Notes: generated from the letters alone by a model not told the origin. Counted from the stretch's first letter, positions 37,168 to 47,956 are shown. The stretch: 64,000 nucleotides of DNA from Thermodesulfobacteriota bacterium (GCA_963675595.2 CAXXLZ010000003.1:32001-96000), one strand, 5' to 3'. Numbers and translations: made by a program.

Positions 37168-37545
37168 TTGAAGGCACTTGGAAGACACCTGATTCTCGAG
37201 TTTTACGGCTGTACACCGGAAGCGCTCGACCATAAAGAAAAGATCGAAGAAATTCTGGTGAGTGCTGCTGAAAACGCCGGTGCACATGTGATTCACCCCT
37301 TCTTTCACAAGTTTTCGCCTCAGGGAGTCAGTGGGATGGTCATTATCGCCGAATCCCACCTTTCGATACATACTTGGCCGGAATACGGATATGCGGCGGT
37401 GGACGTATTCGTATGCGGTGATTACGTAGATTGCGATCTAGCTTACGAAACGATTCGTTCCGCTTTAGAGGCCAAGAGCAGCCAAATTATGGAGTTCAAA
37501 CGAGGCGCCTTGGATATCCCTCGTGAGGAACTCAGGCACAAGTGA
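37168..37545 (+). CDS. speD: S-adenosylmethionine decarboxylase proenzyme (class 1B, SpeD/SpeH)
   Basis: LGRHL, FSPQGVSG, AE-SHLSIHTWPE pyruvoyl site and DVFVCG; TTG start after AAGGAGGT. Confidence 0.92.
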   Translation: MKALGRHLILEFYGCTPEALDHKEKIEEILVSAAENAGAHVIHPFFHKFSPQGVSGMVIIAESHLSIHTWPEYGYAAVDVFVCGDYVDCDLAYETIRSALEAKSSQIMEFKRGALDIPREELRHK

Positions 37546-37609
37546 CACCAAAGGCCCGGACCGGCCGGATACTGCGGTCGGCACGATCACCACGTAAGTC
37601 GCCTTGCAT

Positions 37610-38002
37610 ATGGAGGAGCGGCAATTGGAATTGCGTGAACGATACACGAATGAAGAGGCCTGGGGTATCCTCTCGAGCATTGACATCCGGGGTTGCAGCG
37701 CGGAACGAATCACGGACAAGGATACGGTTCGAGACTTCGCTCAGGCCCTTTGCAAAGTTATAGACATGCGTCCCTATGGAGAGCCGGTGGTGGTTCATTT
37801 CGGCAGCGGCGAAGTGGAAGGATTTTCTTTGGTCCAGTTGATCGAGACTTCTCTGATCAGCGGGCATTTCGCCAACGAATCCAATAGGGCGTTCATCGAT
37901 ATTTTCAGCTGCAAGTATTATGAGCCCGAAGTAGCGGCGAACTTCTGTCTAGAATATTTCAAGGGGACCGAATACACCATCAACGTTCAACTGAGAAAAT
38001 AG
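37610..38002 (+). CDS. Second, divergent pyruvoyl-dependent SpeD-family decarboxylase
   Basis: IDMRPYGEP..VHFG, QLIET-SLISGHF and DIFSCK motifs. Confidence 0.8.
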   Translation: MEERQLELRERYTNEEAWGILSSIDIRGCSAERITDKDTVRDFAQALCKVIDMRPYGEPVVVHFGSGEVEGFSLVQLIETSLISGHFANESNRAFIDIFSCKYYEPEVAANFCLEYFKGTEYTINVQLRK

Positions 38003-38012
38003 GATTCCGGGG

Positions 38013-38921
38013 ATGGGCGATTCGGAAATCCTCCTGAAGCCCTTGCAGCCGGACTTGAACCTCTGGTTTGAAGAGCGGCTGGAGATCGGCTTTGGGAGCG
38101 TGCTGCGGGTCCTGGTCAAGGAAACGCTGTTGCTGAAGAAATCGCCCTTCCAGCAGATTGCCGTGTTGGACACCGCCAAGTTCGGCCGGATGTTGGTGCT
38201 GGACGGAATCATCAATGTTACCGAGTTCGACGAATTCGCGTACCATGAGATGATCGTGCACGTGCCGATGATCTGCCATCCCTGTCCCCGAAAGGTGCTG
38301 GTGATCGGGGGAGGAGACGGGGGCGCGGTTCGGGAGGCGCTCAAGCATCCGGAGGTCCGCGAAGTCCATCTTTGCGAGATCGATCGGGAAGTGGTGGAGG
38401 TGTCCAAGGAATATCTGCCCGAGATCAGCGCAGGACTGGACGACCACAGGGTCACGGTGCACTATGCCGACGGAGCTGAGTTCGTTAAACGGCATCCCGG
38501 ATATTTCGACGTGATCCTGGTGGACTCGACGGATCCGGTGGGCCCCGGAGCGGTCTTGTTCCGAGAAGAGTTCTTCCGGAACCTGCACGCGGCGCTGAGC
38601 GACGAGGGAATCGTTACCACTCAGTGTGAATCGTTTTTCTTTCATCGAGAGGTCATCGGGACGGTACTTGCCTCATTCGGAAAAGTTTTCCCGGTGACCG
38701 AGTATTATTACTGCATGGTACCCACGTATCCGAGCGGCGTCATCGGGTTCGCTTTCGGCTGTAAGTCGTCTTCCGGCGGAAAAGGACCGGCGGACAAGAG
38801 TCGGGTGGCCGCCCTGGGGCCGCTGAAATACTATAGCTCGGGTATCCATGAAGCGGCGTTCGTTTTGCCCCGCTTTGCCGAAGCGTTCCGGACGCCTGAG
38901 TCCGATGAACCTCGTAGTTGA
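38013..38921 (+). CDS. speE: Polyamine aminopropyltransferase (spermidine synthase)
   Basis: [29 protein letters not shown] and PTYPSG motifs. Confidence 0.93.
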   Translation: MGDSEILLKPLQPDLNLWFEERLEIGFGSVLRVLVKETLLLKKSPFQQIAVLDTAKFGRMLVLDGIINVTEFDEFAYHEMIVHVPMICHPCPRKVLVIGGGDGGAVREALKHPEVREVHLCEIDREVVEVSKEYLPEISAGLDDHRVTVHYADGAEFVKRHPGYFDVILVDSTDPVGPGAVLFREEFFRNLHAALSDEGIVTTQCESFFFHREVIGTVLASFGKVFPVTEYYYCMVPTYPSGVIGFAFGCKSSSGGKGPADKSRVAALGPLKYYSSGIHEAAFVLPRFAEAFRTPESDEPRS

Positions 38922-38934
38922 CCGAGATAGGCCT

Positions 38935-39612
38935 ATGCACCTCATCGCACCCTCCATTTTATCCGCGGATTTCGCCCACTTGGGCGCCGAGGTTTCCGCG
39001 GTGGAGAAGGGCGGTGCGGACTGGATCCACGTGGATGTGATGGACGGTCATTTCGTCCCCAACATCACCATCGGTCCGCTGGTGGTCCGCGCCGTGCAGC
39101 GGGTCACCGCTCTTCCTCTCGACGTGCACCTCATGATTGAGAACGCGGACGACTTCATTCCCGACTTCGCCAAGTCCGGTGCTCATATCATCACCGTGCA
39201 TTCGGAGGCCTGCACGCACCTCAACCGGACTCTCCAATTGATTCGGAGTCTGGGCGTCCGGCCCGCGGTGTCGCTCAATCCCGCCACTCCCCTGTCCCAT
39301 CTGGATTACGTCCTGGAATACGTGGACATGGTCCTGATCATGAGCGTCAATCCGGGATTCGGAGGGCAGAGTTTCATCCCCAACTCCCTGAAGAAAATCG
39401 AAACCCTGAAGAATCTCATCATCCAACGGGGTCTTGACGTGCTCATTCAGGTGGACGGCGGGGTGAATGCGGATACCATCGGGGGAATTGCGGAAGCGGG
39501 CGCCGACGTATTCGTCGCGGGTTCGGCGATCTTCGGTAGTGAGAACTACGCGGAAACGATTTCCCGGATGAAAGAAATCCTTCGGGATACGAATACGGAT
39601 TCGTCGACCTAA
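38935..39612 (+). CDS. rpe: Ribulose-phosphate 3-epimerase
   Basis: [32 protein letters not shown] and VDGG motifs. Confidence 0.97.
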   Translation: MHLIAPSILSADFAHLGAEVSAVEKGGADWIHVDVMDGHFVPNITIGPLVVRAVQRVTALPLDVHLMIENADDFIPDFAKSGAHIITVHSEACTHLNRTLQLIRSLGVRPAVSLNPATPLSHLDYVLEYVDMVLIMSVNPGFGGQSFIPNSLKKIETLKNLIIQRGLDVLIQVDGGVNADTIGGIAEAGADVFVAGSAIFGSENYAETISRMKEILRDTNTDSST

Positions 39613-39652
39613 ACACGGATCCTCCAAACTCCACGGTGAGCAAACCTCTTCC

Positions 39653-40501
39653 ATGCCTGGAGGCCTTTTTTTCAATAGATTTTTATGGGGCCTGATTCTT
39701 GTCATGGCCCTTTCCTTTTGTTCTGAGCTTCATTCCGCTCCGGAAAATCCTCCCCTGCGTCATGCCCGACCGATGGTGGAAAACAGCGTGGGAATGACCT
39801 TCGCTTTCATCCCCCGCGGTGAGTTCATGATGGGAAGCCCGTCAACGGAGCGCGGACGGGACGAGGACGAAACCCCTCATCCGGTCGTTCTTTCGGCCGG
39901 ATTCTACCTGCAGACCACCGAAGTCACACAGAGTCAATGGCTGGCCGTGATGGGTTCCAATCCTTCGTTCATGAAGGGGGCCGAGCTTCCCGTCCATCAA
40001 GTCTCATGGTTCGATGCGCGTCGGTTCATAGAACGGCTGAACCGACTGGAGAACACGGACCGTTATCGTCTTCCGCGGGAAGCGGAATGGGAGTACGCCT
40101 GCCGAGGGGGAAGCGGAGAGGCGTTTCCCACGGGTTCGAGCCTGGATGCCTCGTCGGGCAATTTCGACGGCAATCATGCGTATGACCAACGTTCCACAGG
40201 GATTTTCAGGCGAAAACTTCTGCCGGTCGGCGAATTCGAATCCAACGGTTTCGGTCTGTTTGACATGTCCGGCAATGTCTGGGAATGGTGTGAAGACGGA
40301 TACGGCCCTTTTCCCACGGAACCGGCCATCGACCCTCAAGGAGCCCGAGAGGCCGACTATCGGGTTATTCGGGGAGGGAGCTGGTATTATGACGTGGAAG
40401 CATGTCGCTGCGCTTCACGCCACAGGGCGAAGCCCGAAAAGCGAAGCTATCTGATCGGGTTCCGCGTGCTCATGACGGATACGGAGGATCGTTCTCAATG
40501 A
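39653..40501 (+). CDS. FGE-sulfatase (SUMF1/CLec-fold) domain protein, probably exported
   Basis: FMMGSP, RLPREAEWEYACRGG, DMSGNVWEW, RGGSW and GFRV motifs; hydrophobic N-terminus. Confidence 0.88.
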   Translation: MPGGLFFNRFLWGLILVMALSFCSELHSAPENPPLRHARPMVENSVGMTFAFIPRGEFMMGSPSTERGRDEDETPHPVVLSAGFYLQTTEVTQSQWLAVMGSNPSFMKGAELPVHQVSWFDARRFIERLNRLENTDRYRLPREAEWEYACRGGSGEAFPTGSSLDASSGNFDGNHAYDQRSTGIFRRKLLPVGEFESNGFGLFDMSGNVWEWCEDGYGPFPTEPAIDPQGAREADYRVIRGGSWYYDVEACRCASRHRAKPEKRSYLIGFRVLMTDTEDRSQ

Positions 40502-40608
40502 AGCGGGCGGCGGCCTCTTTGCCGACCCGATGACTCCCGGTGCGGATTTTGCCCGAGTCGTTCGCTTTGTCGATGAATTCATGCTCAACGAGAGCCTGGG
40601 AGACGACC

Positions 40609-41532
40609 GTGATTGAATCCGAAGAAAAGAACTGGTTCCGAGACTGGTTGACCGATGATGCGGTGATATCGCATCGCGTGAAGCACGAAGCGGCGGATTG
40701 CAGGACCCGCTTTCAACGGGTGAGGATTCTGGATACGCGTGATCTCGGGCGGATCCTGGTCCTGGACAACAAGATACAGTCCGCCGAGTTGGACGAGTAC
40801 ATTTATCATGAAGCCTTGGTGCATCCGGCCATGCTCTCTCATCCCCATCCCGGGAAAGTCCTGCTCCTCGGCGGTGGAGAAGGGGCCACGCTTCGGGAGA
40901 TTCTCCGGCATGAAACCGTGGAGCAGGTGACCATGGTGGACATCGACGGAGAACTGGTGGATATCTGCCGGGAACACCTTCCCCAGTGGAGCCGAGGCGC
41001 CTTTGACGATCCCAGAACCCGCCTGCATATCATGGATGCCGTGGAGTTCGTGAACACCACCTCGGATCGGTACGACGTGGTGATCTGTGATCTGAGTGAT
41101 CCCGTGGAGAGCGGGCCCGCTTCAGCCTTGTACGCCCGTGAGTTTTACCAAGAGATTCGGAACGTGATGACCGAAGGAGGGGTTTTCGCCACACAGGCGT
41201 TGGAGGTCTTCTATCATTATCTCAGATTGCACGCGGTGATCCACTCCACGGTCGAGGCCGTATTCAAGACGTGCCGCTCCTATTGCGAGTACGTGCACAG
41301 CTTTGGAGCCATGTGGGGGTTTGTCTTAGGCTTCTCGGAGCCTGCGTCGAAACTTCCGGACGCCGACCGTGTGGATCGGCTGCTCCAAGAGCGTGGGGTA
41401 ACCGGCCTGGAATATCTCGACGGCGAAGCCTTTGTGCGGCTGTTTTCCCTGCCCAAGATGGTGGCTCAAGCCGTCGGGGAAAACACCGATATCTCGACCC
41501 GCGATCATCTCATTCACGTGTTCGCGGGCTGA
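40609..41532 (+). CDS. Second aminopropyltransferase (GGGEG type)
   Basis: LDNKIQSAELDEYIYHEALVHP, GGGEGATLRE and DLSDP motifs. Confidence 0.9.
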   Translation: MIESEEKNWFRDWLTDDAVISHRVKHEAADCRTRFQRVRILDTRDLGRILVLDNKIQSAELDEYIYHEALVHPAMLSHPHPGKVLLLGGGEGATLREILRHETVEQVTMVDIDGELVDICREHLPQWSRGAFDDPRTRLHIMDAVEFVNTTSDRYDVVICDLSDPVESGPASALYAREFYQEIRNVMTEGGVFATQALEVFYHYLRLHAVIHSTVEAVFKTCRSYCEYVHSFGAMWGFVLGFSEPASKLPDADRVDRLLQERGVTGLEYLDGEAFVRLFSLPKMVAQAVGENTDISTRDHLIHVFAG

Positions 41533-41921
41533 AATTTCACCTCCCGATCTTCTCCACGCGGCTTGCGCACGTGTTCCGAAATAAGCCGCGCTTCCACACC
41601 CTACACCCATCCCCTGCATTACCGTTCGGTCATTTAGGATGCATTTTCGTCCGTTATGGTGACCTGAACCGAACCATCATCCTCGTAGTACATAAATAGA
41701 CCTGAAAATATCCGATTTGAATTCGCCGTGAGCAGATCGAGTCGGTTCCTCGGAAACGTAACCGTCAGTTCACCGATTCGCTACAAACCTCCACTAAATT
41801 CACGCCCGTATTGAATGGACAATGCCTTGACCGGGCCGTGGAAAATGCTCTCCGGAAAGGCAAGCGTTGTACTCCGGCCTTTTCGGCCAAGAACAATGTC
41901 TTAGAGTGGAGGAAGGTATTT

Positions 41922-43433
41922 ATGAAAGTAAGAAAGAGTTATGTCACGTTTGCCGTCGCCGCCGTCTTGACGGTCGCCCTCATGGGCTTCGGCGTTTCCG
42001 CGGCTTCCGCCGCGCAACCCAAATACGTCTTCTTTTTCCTGGGAGACGGAATGGCGTCGGTGCAGTCCAACGTCGTGGAAGTCTACCTGGGATCCCTGAA
42101 CGACACCACGGAGACCCAATCCCGGAAGTTGTCCTTCTCCTCGTTTCCCTATGAAGGGCTTTGCACCACCTACGAGCAGTTTTCCTACATCACGGACTCC
42201 GCCTCCGCCGGCACTGCGTTCGCTTGCGGTCAGAAGACCAAAAGCGGCGTGATCTGTATGGACGCCACGGGAACGACCCCTTACACGAGCGTGGCCAAGA
42301 TCGCCAAGCAGAACGGTATGAAGGTCGGCATCGTGAGCAGCGTGTCCATCGACCACGCCACTCCCGCGGTCTACTACGCGAATCAGGCGTCCCGTAACGA
42401 TTACTACGACATCAGCGTGCAGCTGGCGACCAGCGACTTCGACTACTTCGGCGGCGGCGGACCCCGCTATCCCGATGGAAAGGCCGGCGACCAGGCGAAT
42501 ATTTTCGAGATGGCGGAGAGCAACGGTTTTCACGTGGTGGACACCAAAAGTGAATTCGATTCCCTCACGGCCGGTCAGTATGACAAGGTCTGGGCTTATG
42601 AAGAAAAACTCGCCGGGTCTTCGGCTCTGTACTACGAACTGGATCGCACCGCGGACATGCTGTCTCTGGCGGATTTCACCCGCAAGGGCATCGAACTGCT
42701 CAATAATTCCAACGGCTTCTTCATGATGGTGGAAGGCGGCAAGATCGACTGGGCCTGCCACGCCAACGATGCCAGGGCCACCATCGACGACACCCTGGCT
42801 TTCGACGACGCGGTGGAGGCGGCCATTGAGTTCTATAACGAACATCCCACGGAAACCTTGATCGTAGTCACGGGCGACCACGAAACCGGCGGTATGACCA
42901 TCGGCTTCGCGGGCACCAAGTACACGACTTCCTTTCAGATTCTGGCTCGACAGACCATGTCCTATGAAGAGTTCGACAAGGTCATCGATAGTTACGCGGA
43001 CGGCGGGTCGGTGGACGGTCTCATCAGCGCCATTTCCCAGGCCTACGGCCTCGTCTTCCTTACCGAATCCGAGAAGGCCTCTCTCGAAACCGCTTGCGAC
43101 GGCGGCGATCAGGAATCCTGCACGACCCTCAAGCTGGCCTTGGAGGATTGGGAAGTCAAGGCCCTGGTGGACGCCTACTGGATGAGCATGACGCCATCGA
43201 GCGACCGGCCGAGCGACACGCAGACCTACCTGCTGTACGGTGGGTACGAGCCGCTGAGCATGGCCATTTCCCACATCCTCAACAACAAGGCGGGCATCGC
43301 CTGGACGACCTACTCCCACACCGGCGTGCCCGTGCCCGTGTACGCCCAGGGCGCCTGCGCCGATACCTTCGGCGGCTTCTACGACAATACGGACATCTAC
43401 GGCAAGCTGCTCAGCTGCATGGGAATGATGTAA
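41922..43433 (+). CDS. Secreted alkaline phosphatase (PhoA family)
   Basis: Signal peptide; GDGM, TDSASAGTA, HATPA, VEGGKIDWACHAND, GDHETGG and HTG motifs. Confidence 0.93.
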   Translation: MKVRKSYVTFAVAAVLTVALMGFGVSAASAAQPKYVFFFLGDGMASVQSNVVEVYLGSLNDTTETQSRKLSFSSFPYEGLCTTYEQFSYITDSASAGTAFACGQKTKSGVICMDATGTTPYTSVAKIAKQNGMKVGIVSSVSIDHATPAVYYANQASRNDYYDISVQLATSDFDYFGGGGPRYPDGKAGDQANIFEMAESNGFHVVDTKSEFDSLTAGQYDKVWAYEEKLAGSSALYYELDRTADMLSLADFTRKGIELLNNSNGFFMMVEGGKIDWACHANDARATIDDTLAFDDAVEAAIEFYNEHPTETLIVVTGDHETGGMTIGFAGTKYTTSFQILARQTMSYEEFDKVIDSYADGGSVDGLISAISQAYGLVFLTESEKASLETACDGGDQESCTTLKLALEDWEVKALVDAYWMSMTPSSDRPSDTQTYLLYGGYEPLSMAISHILNNKAGIAWTTYSHTGVPVPVYAQGACADTFGGFYDNTDIYGKLLSCMGMM

Positions 43434-43456
43434 TCGTATCGAGACCACCGGTAGAA

Positions 43457-43495
43457 CGGGGCAAGCCCTTGCATGGGGCTTGCCCCGGCTTTTTT
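43457..43495 (+). terminator. Rho-independent terminator after the alkaline phosphatase gene
   Basis: CGGGGCAAGCCC...GGGCTTGCCCCG stem followed by a T run. Confidence 0.75.
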
Positions 43496-43515
43496 CCAAT
43501 GGAGAAACCAAAGAT

Positions 43516-44685
43516 ATGCCCGAATCGAGGCTTCTGTTAAAGACGCGGCATTACCGTCATGCCGACGCGGTGCTTGTGATTTTTCTGCTCGCGGTTTGCG
43601 CGGGACTGTGGTTTGCACCCTCCGGCTTTGAAGAACGACTCCCCCGTGGGATCTACCTTGCCCGTGGAAGAATTCTTTCCGTGGACAACTCCGCCGTCCA
43701 GCGGGCGGCGCTGATCAAATACGGACATCAGACCCTGCAAGTGGAGCTGTTGGGAGGAAACGAAAAGGGGCTAACGGCCAATGCGTACAATCAGTTGACG
43801 GGAAAGCTTGAAATAGACCAGTTCTACGTGAAGGGGGACACCATCCTGGTGGAATATTCGCTCAAGGACGGCAAGGTGTGGTCCGCCGTGGCCCGGGGGC
43901 ATTATCGCCTCGGAGTCGAGACGTTGCTGCTGGTGCTGTTCGCCCTTCTGGTCATCGGGTTCGGCGGATGGACCGGACTGAAGGCCTTGGTCTCTTTCCT
44001 GTTTTCCGCGCTGATGATCTGGAAGGTGATGGTCCCGTGCTTTCTGAAGGGCTACGATCCAATCTATATCGGACTGGGGGTGGTGTTGGCCCTGACCGGG
44101 GCCATCTGTTTCCTGGTAGGGGGAATCAACCGCAAAGGCGCGGCAACCTTCCTCGGGTCGGCCATGGGACTGGGTATGACCTGCATCCTGGCCGGCGTAT
44201 TCATAGACCTCTTCCGCATCCATGGGGCCGTGCGTCCCTTCGCCGAACTTCTGCTCTATTCCGGTTTTCCTCATCTGGACCTTACCAAGATATTCCTGGC
44301 GGCCATATTTACCGCTTGTTCGGGGGCCGTCATGGATCTATCCATGGACATTTCGGCGGCCATGCATGAGGTCATCCTAAGCAAGCCCGGGATCTCCTTG
44401 AGGGCGCATATCGCGTCGGGCATGTCCGTGGGGCGAGCGGTCATCGGGACCATGACCACCACTTTGCTCCTCGCCTATTCCGGGAGTTACATAACCATGC
44501 TGATGGTGTTCATGGGACGCGGCGTTCCCATGGGAAACATGTTCAACCTGAACGTGGTCTCTGCGGAGGTGTTGAACACCGTGGTGGGGAGTTTCGGATT
44601 GGTCACCGTAGCGCCGTTTACCGCGTTGGTCGCGGGTTTGCTGTATCGAGGATACAAACCGGAAGGCCCTGCAACCGCCGAGTGA
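43516..44685 (+). CDS. YibE/F-family membrane protein
   Basis: GAVMDLSMDI and GTMTTTLLLAYSG motifs; multiple TM helices. Confidence 0.88.
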   Translation: MPESRLLLKTRHYRHADAVLVIFLLAVCAGLWFAPSGFEERLPRGIYLARGRILSVDNSAVQRAALIKYGHQTLQVELLGGNEKGLTANAYNQLTGKLEIDQFYVKGDTILVEYSLKDGKVWSAVARGHYRLGVETLLLVLFALLVIGFGGWTGLKALVSFLFSALMIWKVMVPCFLKGYDPIYIGLGVVLALTGAICFLVGGINRKGAATFLGSAMGLGMTCILAGVFIDLFRIHGAVRPFAELLLYSGFPHLDLTKIFLAAIFTACSGAVMDLSMDISAAMHEVILSKPGISLRAHIASGMSVGRAVIGTMTTTLLLAYSGSYITMLMVFMGRGVPMGNMFNLNVVSAEVLNTVVGSFGLVTVAPFTALVAGLLYRGYKPEGPATAE

Positions 44686-44822
44686 GTCGACTTCAGGACC
44701 GAGGCGCGCGCATTGACATTCGTGTCAGGCCTTGAACATAATGGCACGCGGACCCCGGAGGATGGTGTCGGGTCCGCCTCGAAGGTCCGGACAAACCACT
44801 TCTATACAAGCCGGAGGTCCCC

Positions 44823-45323
44823 ATGCGGGTGGCGATTATGTCCGACAGCCACGATCATATCTGGAACCTGAGACAAGCCCTTTGCCTCGCGGCGCGAGAC
44901 GGCGCTCAAGCCGTGGTACATTGCGGAGATCTGGTGGCGCCGTTCATGTTGAAGGAACTCGGGCTTTTCCAGGGAGAAGTCCACTTGGTTTTCGGCAACA
45001 ATGACGGCGACCGTTTCATGTTGGCGAAGACTGCCATGACTCAACTGTCCAATGTGACCATTCACGGAGAGATGGGCAGGGTGAGCCTGGAAGACGCGAG
45101 GATCTGTTTTGCTCATGAGAGGGAGCGCGTTTGGGGAATGCTCGAGGAGGAACCCTGGGATCTGGCCTGCTTCGGACACACCCATGAGGAATTCCTGAAA
45201 CGGAGCGGGTCCACCAGGATTCTCAACCCCGGGGAAGTCATGGGGAAGGGTGGTGACGCGACCTTCTATCTATATAACACCCTGAGCCGGGAACTGGAGC
45301 GCGTGCCGATCGTCTCCCCGTAG
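44823..45323 (+). CDS. YfcE-family metallophosphoesterase
   Basis: SDSHD, HCGD, GNNDGD, GHTH and NPGE motifs. Confidence 0.9.
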   Translation: MRVAIMSDSHDHIWNLRQALCLAARDGAQAVVHCGDLVAPFMLKELGLFQGEVHLVFGNNDGDRFMLAKTAMTQLSNVTIHGEMGRVSLEDARICFAHERERVWGMLEEEPWDLACFGHTHEEFLKRSGSTRILNPGEVMGKGGDATFYLYNTLSRELERVPIVSP

Positions 45324-45379
45324 GCATGCCGGTGCCCCGGCGTTCTTCCATGGAGAAGAGCCTCGGCGAGGAGAAGGGA

Positions 45380-47422
45380 TCAACCCACGGCGCGTTGCTT
45401 GTTCTTCAGGTAGTCCACGATCACCATTTGCGCCAGGTCTTCGGATGCGGCGAACAATGCCTTTCCTTTGTTCTCTTTACCCAAAGCGGACACGAATTGT
45501 TGCATCCCTTCGTCTTCGGAGAGCATAAACGTGGTGATGCGAATTCCTTCTTTGGTGCAGCGAGCCGCTTCCTTCAAGGTCTCCGAGAGGATCATGGGGG
45601 TGGCTTCGGATTCCAGGAATACGGTGCCGTCCATCTCGCACGCCGTGGGCTCGGCGTCCGTGATCAGGAAGATTCGTTTTTCCAGATGCGGCTGTCGACT
45701 CAGTATCCGACGGCAAAGCCGCAATCCTTCCTGGAGGTTGGTGAAGTCGCTCAGGAAATCCGGTCCTCCCTCGCGTTCCTGGGTTCGCAGGGCTTCCATG
45801 GAGATCGTTTTGGGAAAAGGAAGCGGGTTGTAAGGCATGGTTCGGGCGGTGAGCAACTCTTCCGGTTTGAGGATGCGGGCCAGGGAGTAGAATCCCACAA
45901 TGTGGAGGCGATCGCCTCGGAACTTCCTTCGGAGGAGTTCCTGAAGGTTCATGGCCACATTTTTGGCTTGAGGCAGGCGCTCATCCATGGAGCTGCTCAA
46001 GTCGATCAGGAGCACGGAGGCGGTCAAAGAATCGTATTCCGGTTCATAAACGCGGAAATCTTCCGTGCCGATCCTTACGGATCGACCCTTTCCATTTTTC
46101 CGACCGAGGGCGGACAGAATGGTGGCGGATGGGTCGAGATTCCAGGGATCGCCGTATGCATACTTTTTCGAGCTTCCGGAAAGGCTGTGCAGGGCGCGTG
46201 ACCTGTGCCGTGTTTTTTGCATCCCTCGGGGCAGGTTCATGCCGCATATCAGGTCCAGGAAACTCAACTCCCGAATTCTCCGTACGGCCTTGCCCGTGAG
46301 ATTCATGCGCTCCTGCTCGACCTGCAGGTAGCCCGCCTGAACCAGTACGTCCACGAGCCGCTGAAGGTTGTCCAGAGAAGCTTCGGCCAGTTCTCCCAGC
46401 AGCTCGCCCACCAAGTCTCGATTGACCTGATCGAGATCACCCAGGATATGGGCGCGTGTAAGGGAGTCTTCGAGCATCTCCAGTTTCCTCAATTTGAGCG
46501 CAACCTGAAAAGCGGCGTCAAGGGTGAGCGGTTGAGAGCCCGTGAATTCATAGGCTTTTACATGGGTCAAAGGGCTGATCCGGTCGAATCTCTCGAAGAG
46601 GCGTCGGAGGGATTGTCGGAGGGCTTCCGAGGATTCCGGGGGCTCCACCGATTCCAACGCCAGCCGTACTTGGAAGGGGAGGCTCGCCATGAGCGTCTTC
46701 ACTGCGGCCCGCTCCATTTGAACCGTATGGACGAAGGGGATGACCCCTTTGTCTATGGCAAGAACGCCCGGGAACTCGGCCAGGAAGGCCAAGAGGGCTT
46801 CAGTGCGGGCGTCTCCCCGAAGGTCCAGAACCTCGGCGAAGGAGTCGAGCGCAGGTATCGGGACCGGATCATGGTCGATATTGCTCTCGTGGAGAAGGAA
46901 TCGGATGCCTGAAAGTTTGCGCCACACCTCCTTTCCCCAGCGGAGGAGCGCGGCGCGGGCCTCGTTGTCGTCGTCCACGGCGGCGATCCGTCGCAGCTCG
47001 GACCCCGGATCATCGGGAAACCCGCTGAGAATTCCGTTCTTCATGGGGGGCTTTGCGCCATCGCCGTGTTCTTGAGAACCGGAGGGATTGTCGCCGCCCG
47101 AGTCCGTTGTCGGCCCGGAACTCGGATTTTGCGATGCATAGAAGAGTTCAAATCGCCTGCGGACCTGGTCGAGTACCCTGTCTATGCGATATGTGGCCAG
47201 CAAACCCTCGCGGAACCGACGGACCTGCTCGAGCATGCGGGAGAGACCGTCCACCCGTTGCTCCTCGTCGAGAAAACCATCCCACTTGATCTTCTCGAAG
47301 GCGGTTTCCAGCTTGTAGTTCTCCGTCAGCTTCCGTGAGAGCGCTTTAAGCAGACTGTCCGTGTCCGGCCCTGCCTTGTTCTTCTTGCCGTCTTCTGCTC
47401 GAAAGTAACGATAAACGGGCAT
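45380..47422 (-). CDS. VWA domain-containing protein
   Basis: MIDAS DLSSSM, TNLQEGL and ITDAEPT; YAYGDPWNLD motif; start MPVYRY. Confidence 0.82.
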   Translation of the reverse strand: MPVYRYFRAEDGKKNKAGPDTDSLLKALSRKLTENYKLETAFEKIKWDGFLDEEQRVDGLSRMLEQVRRFREGLLATYRIDRVLDQVRRRFELFYASQNPSSGPTTDSGGDNPSGSQEHGDGAKPPMKNGILSGFPDDPGSELRRIAAVDDDNEARAALLRWGKEVWRKLSGIRFLLHESNIDHDPVPIPALDSFAEVLDLRGDARTEALLAFLAEFPGVLAIDKGVIPFVHTVQMERAAVKTLMASLPFQVRLALESVEPPESSEALRQSLRRLFERFDRISPLTHVKAYEFTGSQPLTLDAAFQVALKLRKLEMLEDSLTRAHILGDLDQVNRDLVGELLGELAEASLDNLQRLVDVLVQAGYLQVEQERMNLTGKAVRRIRELSFLDLICGMNLPRGMQKTRHRSRALHSLSGSSKKYAYGDPWNLDPSATILSALGRKNGKGRSVRIGTEDFRVYEPEYDSLTASVLLIDLSSSMDERLPQAKNVAMNLQELLRRKFRGDRLHIVGFYSLARILKPEELLTARTMPYNPLPFPKTISMEALRTQEREGGPDFLSDFTNLQEGLRLCRRILSRQPHLEKRIFLITDAEPTACEMDGTVFLESEATPMILSETLKEAARCTKEGIRITTFMLSEDEGMQQFVSALGKENKGKALFAASEDLAQMVIVDYLKNKQRAVG

Positions 47423-47520
47423 GGTTTCGTACTCTGATTGGTCAATGTTGAGGGTGATTTTTCCCGGTGACCGAACACCGCCGGAGGGGCTTTTACCCGA
47501 TTCTCCGGCGTGGCACAGGG

Positions 47521-47868
47521 TCAAGGCACGGAAACCGTGATGGAGGCTACGGCGACCATCACGTGATCTCTGGTTCCGTTTCTTCTCAGGCTGCCCTCTT
47601 CCAGAAGGCCCCCCTGGACAACCTGAATCTCCTTTGAACCGAACGGGATGGTTTTGAGCACCTCTTCCTGATTCACCTCTTCCGGAAGCGGGATCCCGAT
47701 CTTCACTTTCACTTTCATGTCGGCAATATCCTGAAGAAGGCCGCATTCGAAAAGACCCAGCATGGAACAGCGCTGAATCGCGTCCTTCACGGCGCGAATC
47801 GCGCATCTTGTAGCTTCCGGTTTGTGCAGGTCGGTGCCCATGCCCAATTCGATCAGGTAATTACGCAT
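47521..47868 (-). CDS. Lin0512-family protein
   Basis: IELGMGTDLH....T.CA.RAVKDAI, PFG and GGL motifs. Confidence 0.85.
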   Translation of the reverse strand: MRNYLIELGMGTDLHKPEATRCAIRAVKDAIQRCSMLGLFECGLLQDIADMKVKVKIGIPLPEEVNQEEVLKTIPFGSKEIQVVQGGLLEEGSLRRNGTRDHVMVAVASITVSVP

Positions 47869-47956
47869 CGAAAATCTCCTTTGGAGGCGTTACATGAGTC
47901 TTGAGGTTCGGAGGCAAGGCGGGCCTGCGCGCCTCGCCTCCCGTTGATGATCAGGA

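Noticed and set aside
37543-37612. Selenocysteine or readthrough fusion of the two SpeD-like genes at TGA
   Set aside because: The downstream ORF is in a different frame and the first protein is already full length.
41757-41804. Pho-box-like 11-bp-spaced repeats upstream of alkaline phosphatase
   Set aside because: Only two weak units (CGTAACC, GTTCACC); too degenerate to call.
47423-47806. N-terminal extension of the 808-aa VWA ORF
   Set aside because: Overlaps the Lin0512 gene in another frame and is low-complexity; ATG 47422 is the more plausible start.
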